Source: an uncultured virus (IMG/VR IMGVR_UViG_3300005758_000005) (lineage: Duplodnaviria; Heunggongvirae; Uroviricota; Caudoviricetes). Taken from it: DNA of 64,000 nucleotides. The stretch is from positions 1-64,000 of the IMG/VR virus record IMGVR_UViG_3300005758_000005; one strand, 5' to 3'. Positions 60,290 through 64,000 of the stretch are shown one piece after another (positions within the stretch are counted from its first letter, which is position 1; each line of letters opens with the position of its first letter). Position numbers and translations under genes: made by a program. The notes under the pieces were generated by a model. That model saw nothing but the letters and a program-made list of their open reading frames with translations. It was not told the DNA's origin and did no database searches.

Positions 60290-60623
60290 ACTCTGCAGCT
60301 GGTTCTTCAACAACTGGAGGAGGAGCTACAGGACGAACATAGTGTGGTTCGGTATCTGTAATACTAAACTCACCTTCAACACCAAGAGGCTCAATTACTG
60401 TCTTAAATGATTCTTGAAGATCATCTTGTGCCTTCATGATATCGTTGTCGAGAGTTGCCTTTCGCTCCTTGGCTTGCTCATACTGCTTCAAATTCTCTTC
60501 AAAACTCATGAGCCAATCAAGAATGTCCGACTTCTGTGCCTTAAGCTCCAATACAACTTGACGCTTTGCAACGAGCATCAAATAATCATCATGCGAAATC
60601 TGTGGATCTGTATTTTCTTCCAT
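60288..60623 (-). CDS. Hypothetical coiled-coil protein
   Basis: 111 aa with AGGA SD and an upstream TATAAT. Confidence 0.7.
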   Translation of the reverse strand: MEENTDPQISHDDYLMLVAKRQVVLELKAQKSDILDWLMSFEENLKQYEQAKERKATLDNDIMKAQDDLQESFKTVIEPLGVEGEFSITDTEPHYVRPVAPPPVVEEPAAE

Positions 60624-60650
60624 AATTTTCCTACCCTTATTAACTAGGTA

Positions 60651-60684
60651 CTTGTATTATACCCAAAATCAGATAGAATAAGAC
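60651..60684 (+). promoter_or_regulatory. SigmaA-type promoter giving a probably leaderless mRNA
   Basis: TTGTAT-N16-TAGAAT-aagac-ATG; near copy of the purA promoter. Confidence 0.6.
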
Positions 60685-61356
60685 ATGATTATTTACATTA
60701 GTCCATCTGATTTTGCATTTCTTTATAAGCAATCAAAATGGGGATTTCATCAAAAGTGTATGAAGAATATTCGTAGACCTTTTCTTCCAATGCCAGGTAT
60801 TTTTAATGTTATTGATGCTGGAATGAAAGAATATCTCAAGAGTACTAAAAAACCTAATATTAAAAATACAGATATCTTTAATGATTTTGAATTTAAATTT
60901 GAAGACGCTGCTGTTTGTTCACGTCCTATTGTAAATTCAGATTTTCCAGATGTTCAAGTATGTCTTCGTGGAAAGCTAGATGGTATTTACACTAATGGAT
61001 CTCAAAACTATTTAATCGACTTAAAGACAAGTTTTACAGACCCTGATTCTCTTAAAAAATACAATTTACAACTTAATTCATATGCTTTTGCTCTTCAAAA
61101 TCCTTATGATGAATTTTGTGTAACCATGGACATTTATAAAGCTGGATTAATTGTGTATGAACCAGAGTCTTTTAATGAATTGGGCTTGATGGGCGGAATG
61201 GCATGGCATGAGACAAAACTGAATTTAAATGCTTTTGAAAAATATATTCAAGATACAATTATTCCATTTTTAGCTGGACCAGAACCTAATGCAGAAGAAT
61301 CAGATCCTTTTTATGATTATTTATATAAATTAGGCTTTAGAAACTCAGAAAGCTAA
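60685..61356 (+). CDS. PD-(D/E)XK nuclease (RecB-like)
   Basis: ISPSDF, LRGKLDG, LIDLKTS, YNLQLNSYA. Confidence 0.85.
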   Translation: MIIYISPSDFAFLYKQSKWGFHQKCMKNIRRPFLPMPGIFNVIDAGMKEYLKSTKKPNIKNTDIFNDFEFKFEDAAVCSRPIVNSDFPDVQVCLRGKLDGIYTNGSQNYLIDLKTSFTDPDSLKKYNLQLNSYAFALQNPYDEFCVTMDIYKAGLIVYEPESFNELGLMGGMAWHETKLNLNAFEKYIQDTIIPFLAGPEPNAEESDPFYDYLYKLGFRNSES

Positions 61357-61357
61357 A

Positions 61358-61401
61358 AGGAATTTATGTTGACACTCCTGTAAAATAACTTCAGGAGTGT
61401 C
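61358..61401 (+). promoter_or_regulatory. Putative late promoter overlapping an RBS-sequestering hairpin
   Basis: AGGA(61358)-N18-GTAA; perfect inverted repeat GACACTCCTG (61371-80) / CAGGAGTGTC (61392-401) containing the SD AGGAG. Confidence 0.65.
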
Positions 61402-61408
61402 TTTTATT

Positions 61409-62377
61409 ATGCCAAAGTTTGTGGATGATTTTGTTTCCGAAAGATTAAAAGATAAATCGTTCTATCCTGAGCTAAGTGAAAAAGAACGCAAGTCTATTGC
61501 ATTCGCAATAGCATATAAAACATTAAATGAAAAAAAGCAAAAGAAAAATAAAAAGAAAAGCTTTTTTATTGGTGTTAATACAAGATACTCCGAACTCTTA
61601 AGATTATGTCGTCATTTAGATCATAAAGGTCAATATCGTACTGCTGATAAAATTGTAGAGGCTTTAAACCGTGGAGAATTCTGGATTGAGGATGATGGCT
61701 CCACTATATATGCAGATGGTGATGTTGGTGATTTGAATCATGCAATGGTAGCTGAACAAGAAATGATATCTAGGTTGGGTATTTATTTCGAAGATGAAAT
61801 CTACTCTATCGAAAATGCTAGAGAATTGTTTTATCAATCTATTAATGACGAAGGTGCTTATGGCCCTGATGGTATAGAAGATTATATTCAAGATCTTAAA
61901 TCTGATTATGGAGATGATTGGGTTGATGAAGCTTCATTTGATCATTTTATTGTGTGGAATTCTACAAAACAAGCCCATAATCATCCTGCAATGTTAATAG
62001 AGAGCCAAAAAACTTTAGAAGGATTTAAAGATCCTGTAACTTTTGCAATTGAAAACTATGGATGGATTAGAGCTGAGATTAATAGAAATTATGCAGCATT
62101 TCAAACTAAAAATTTGAACAAGATGAATTTTGATAAAATCTTAGCATGTCTTCTTGGAGATTATCCTGAAGAGTCTAATATACAGCCAGATTATAAAATT
62201 TCATTAGAAGTACAATCTCCAGTGGTTACATCTTTAAAATTTAATTATGATGAATTTAATTGGGATCATGTATGGGAAGAATTTAAAAGCTCTATTGGAT
62301 TAAAAGAGCCTGTTTCTGAACCTAATTTAGCTACTCCAAATATGCCTGAGTATTATCAAGGAAGAGAAGGCGATTAA
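61409..62377 (+). CDS. Hypothetical acidic protein with internal conserved leader motif
   Basis: Likely ATG 61409 (MPKFVDD); contains LLRLCRHLDHKGQYRTADKI. Confidence 0.75.
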   Translation: MPKFVDDFVSERLKDKSFYPELSEKERKSIAFAIAYKTLNEKKQKKNKKKSFFIGVNTRYSELLRLCRHLDHKGQYRTADKIVEALNRGEFWIEDDGSTIYADGDVGDLNHAMVAEQEMISRLGIYFEDEIYSIENARELFYQSINDEGAYGPDGIEDYIQDLKSDYGDDWVDEASFDHFIVWNSTKQAHNHPAMLIESQKTLEGFKDPVTFAIENYGWIRAEINRNYAAFQTKNLNKMNFDKILACLLGDYPEESNIQPDYKISLEVQSPVVTSLKFNYDEFNWDHVWEEFKSSIGLKEPVSEPNLATPNMPEYYQGREGD

Positions 62378-63846
62378 TGACTAATTCCTTAGAACTATTA
62401 AAACTTGCGGATTCATTAGATCGTCAAGGCTTTTATAGATTAGCACAAGAAGCCGAAGAATCAGCACAAGAACAAGCAACATCTCAACAAGAATTACAAC
62501 AAAATAATATTAATTTTTATGAAATGACTGGAAATACAGCTGAGTTATACAGTGCATATAATTATTTAAGACAACTTATTGGGCTTGGTCTTAATTCTAG
62601 ATATTTTCAACAACTTATAACAACTTATAAATTAAATAATATTGATCAGATGATTGGTGTTTTTGCTAGATTAGGGAATACAAAAGCTGCTGATCTCTTA
62701 AAATCAATAAGTAATAATAAATTTTTAGCAGCTAGACAAAACAAATTATTTACTTATTTGAAAACATTTGAACCAGGAGCGCTTTTTACAGCTGATGAAT
62801 TGAAAATTCTTCAGAATGCTACAAAATATAATGCTCCTGCAATTGGGTCTGGTTTAAATACTATTGAAAGATTTAAAAATCTTTCTGGTATTTCACAAGA
62901 AGTTATTAACGCAAATCCAACTAAATTCAGAGATGTTTTAAGATTTATTGGAAATGGCCAAATCGAAGAAGCAGCAAATATTTTAAAAAGCATCGAAGGT
63001 TTAAATTCAAGTCAAGTGGATGCAATCTTATTTAATTCAAAAGCTATTCAAAGTGAAATAAAAGCTGCTGAAAATGTTTTAAAATTTGATCAAGTAGCCC
63101 TTCAAAAGGGTAATTCTGTATTCACAGCTTTAAGAGCTATGGCAGCAGAAATTCCCGTCATTGGTAAAGTAATTCAAGTTCTAGAATGGGGTATGTCAAA
63201 AGGACTTCCTATTCTTGGTATTATTGCTGGAGCTGTAGAAGTGGTTGCATATTCAAACCAACTTAAAAGTGCTCCAGAAGAAGAAAAAGCAGATATTAGA
63301 ATGGACATTGCACAGGGAGTAATTAATATAATTGGTAATATTTTAATGCTTGTCCCAAATCCAATAGCACAATCAGCAGGTGGCATAATTCTTGGTTTAA
63401 ATTTAGCTGCAGATGTAGTACAAGGTAAATCAAAAGATTGGATGGCACAAGCTGAAGGTTTCGATAATGCAGAGCAGATGAAACAAACAAAGCAAATTGC
63501 CGAACAAGATCTTTCTGTTGTTTCAAGCAATCCTGAAGTAACAAAAGCAATGGATTATCTAATCAAAAAAAATTGGGTGTATTTTGAATCCCCAGCTAGA
63601 TATAAAAATGAAATTTCTCAAAAGTTAATGCCAAACAATGCTCTTGCAGATGTTGGTGGACTTTATGGTAGTGATAGAAATGCAAACTTTTGGAAGTGGT
63701 CTGGAAATACAAATTCTCCTGAATATTTAGAATTTGTTCAATCTCTGACTCAGTTGAAAAAGAAACTCTTTGATAGTTTTAGGCAACCTAGACAAATGAC
63801 TCAAAGAACTTCATGTAGAGCTAAAATTAAGCTAAAATATGCTTAA
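62377..63846 (+). CDS. Putative internal head/ejection protein with hydrophobic helices
   Basis: N-terminus LLKLADSLDRQGFYRLAQ; Gly/Ile/Ala-rich hydrophobic segments in the C-half; function inferred. Confidence 0.65.
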   Translation: MTNSLELLKLADSLDRQGFYRLAQEAEESAQEQATSQQELQQNNINFYEMTGNTAELYSAYNYLRQLIGLGLNSRYFQQLITTYKLNNIDQMIGVFARLGNTKAADLLKSISNNKFLAARQNKLFTYLKTFEPGALFTADELKILQNATKYNAPAIGSGLNTIERFKNLSGISQEVINANPTKFRDVLRFIGNGQIEEAANILKSIEGLNSSQVDAILFNSKAIQSEIKAAENVLKFDQVALQKGNSVFTALRAMAAEIPVIGKVIQVLEWGMSKGLPILGIIAGAVEVVAYSNQLKSAPEEEKADIRMDIAQGVINIIGNILMLVPNPIAQSAGGIILGLNLAADVVQGKSKDWMAQAEGFDNAEQMKQTKQIAEQDLSVVSSNPEVTKAMDYLIKKNWVYFESPARYKNEISQKLMPNNALADVGGLYGSDRNANFWKWSGNTNSPEYLEFVQSLTQLKKKLFDSFRQPRQMTQRTSCRAKIKLKYA

Positions 63847-63883
63847 AATTGTATAAATAAAAATAAAAAAAGGAATTGATATT

Positions 63884-64000
63884 ATGGACAGAACATTTGT
63901 AATTTTTGATGTAACAGAAGTTGATAAGGTTGACTTCACCCAAGTACTTGAAACATCTGCAGATACTTTGAGAAAGAGTGTTGATGGAACTAAGACTTTC
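63884..64000 (+). CDS. Small phage hypothetical protein, truncated by the window end
   Basis: AGGA SD, then MDRTFVIFDVTEVDKVDFTQVLETSADTLRKSVDGTKTF, open to the edge; not in the ORF track. Confidence 0.7.
   Translation, partial: MDRTFVIFDVTEVDKVDFTQVLETSADTLRKSVDGTKTF

Noticed and set aside
60685..61356. Cas4 / CRISPR locus
   Set aside because: No four-Cys Fe-S motif, no other cas genes, and no repeat-spacer array seen anywhere in the window.
1..64000. Alternative genetic code (stop-codon reassignment)
   Set aside because: Conserved genes are full length and tightly packed under code 11; no systematic fragmentation.
1..64000. Bacterial chromosome or eukaryotic giant-virus origin
   Set aside because: Portal, terminase and prohead protease together with SD sites, sigma factors and divergent replisome genes indicate a large bacteriophage; no ribosomal or NCLDV core genes were seen.
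1..64000. tRNA or other structured RNA genes
   Set aside because: Intergenic gaps are short and no cloverleaf or T-loop signature was recognised by eye; a tRNAscan/Infernal run would be needed to exclude them fully.

Overview
AT-rich, gene-dense 64-kb segment of a large tailed (probably jumbo) bacteriophage, readable in the standard genetic code. 1-20.8 kb (minus strand) is a head-morphogenesis and packaging block. It starts with a >1268-aa prohead protease/scaffold ORF that runs off the left edge and is absent from the supplied ORF track. It continues with a portal fused to a DUF559-like nuclease, several acidic head-associated hypothetical proteins, DUF192, UDP-galactopyranose mutase, a beta-helix protein, and a large terminase carrying a class-3-type LAGLIDADG intein. 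20.9-55.5 kb (minus) encodes a nearly complete bacterial-type replisome and recombination set: DnaE, DnaN, DnaX, HolA-like, DnaB, a DnaC-like loader, a split primase, SSB, RecA, RecJ, and split SbcC with SbcD. It also holds nucleotide genes (purA, dut, nrdAB), three sigma-like factors including a SigH homologue, SpoVS, and a Ycf46-like AAA ATPase. 55.6-64 kb (mostly plus) holds more virion-type genes, RusA and a PD-(D/E)XK nuclease. The main hypotheses are: (i) a shared address-and-processing code on head proteins, made of K/R-x-A motifs, an L-x-x-L-A-D-x-L-D-x-x-G-x-Y-x-x-A-D leader and [ST]-[IL]-E-x-x-L repeats, probably read by the phage protease/scaffold; (ii) a late programme run by the phage SigH through AGGA-N18-G(A/T)A promoters, including a T4-like RBS-occluding hairpin switch; (iii) a set of leaderless sigmaA-type genes. 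No tRNA or CRISPR array was seen. All family assignments come from motif recognition by eye; no database searches were run.
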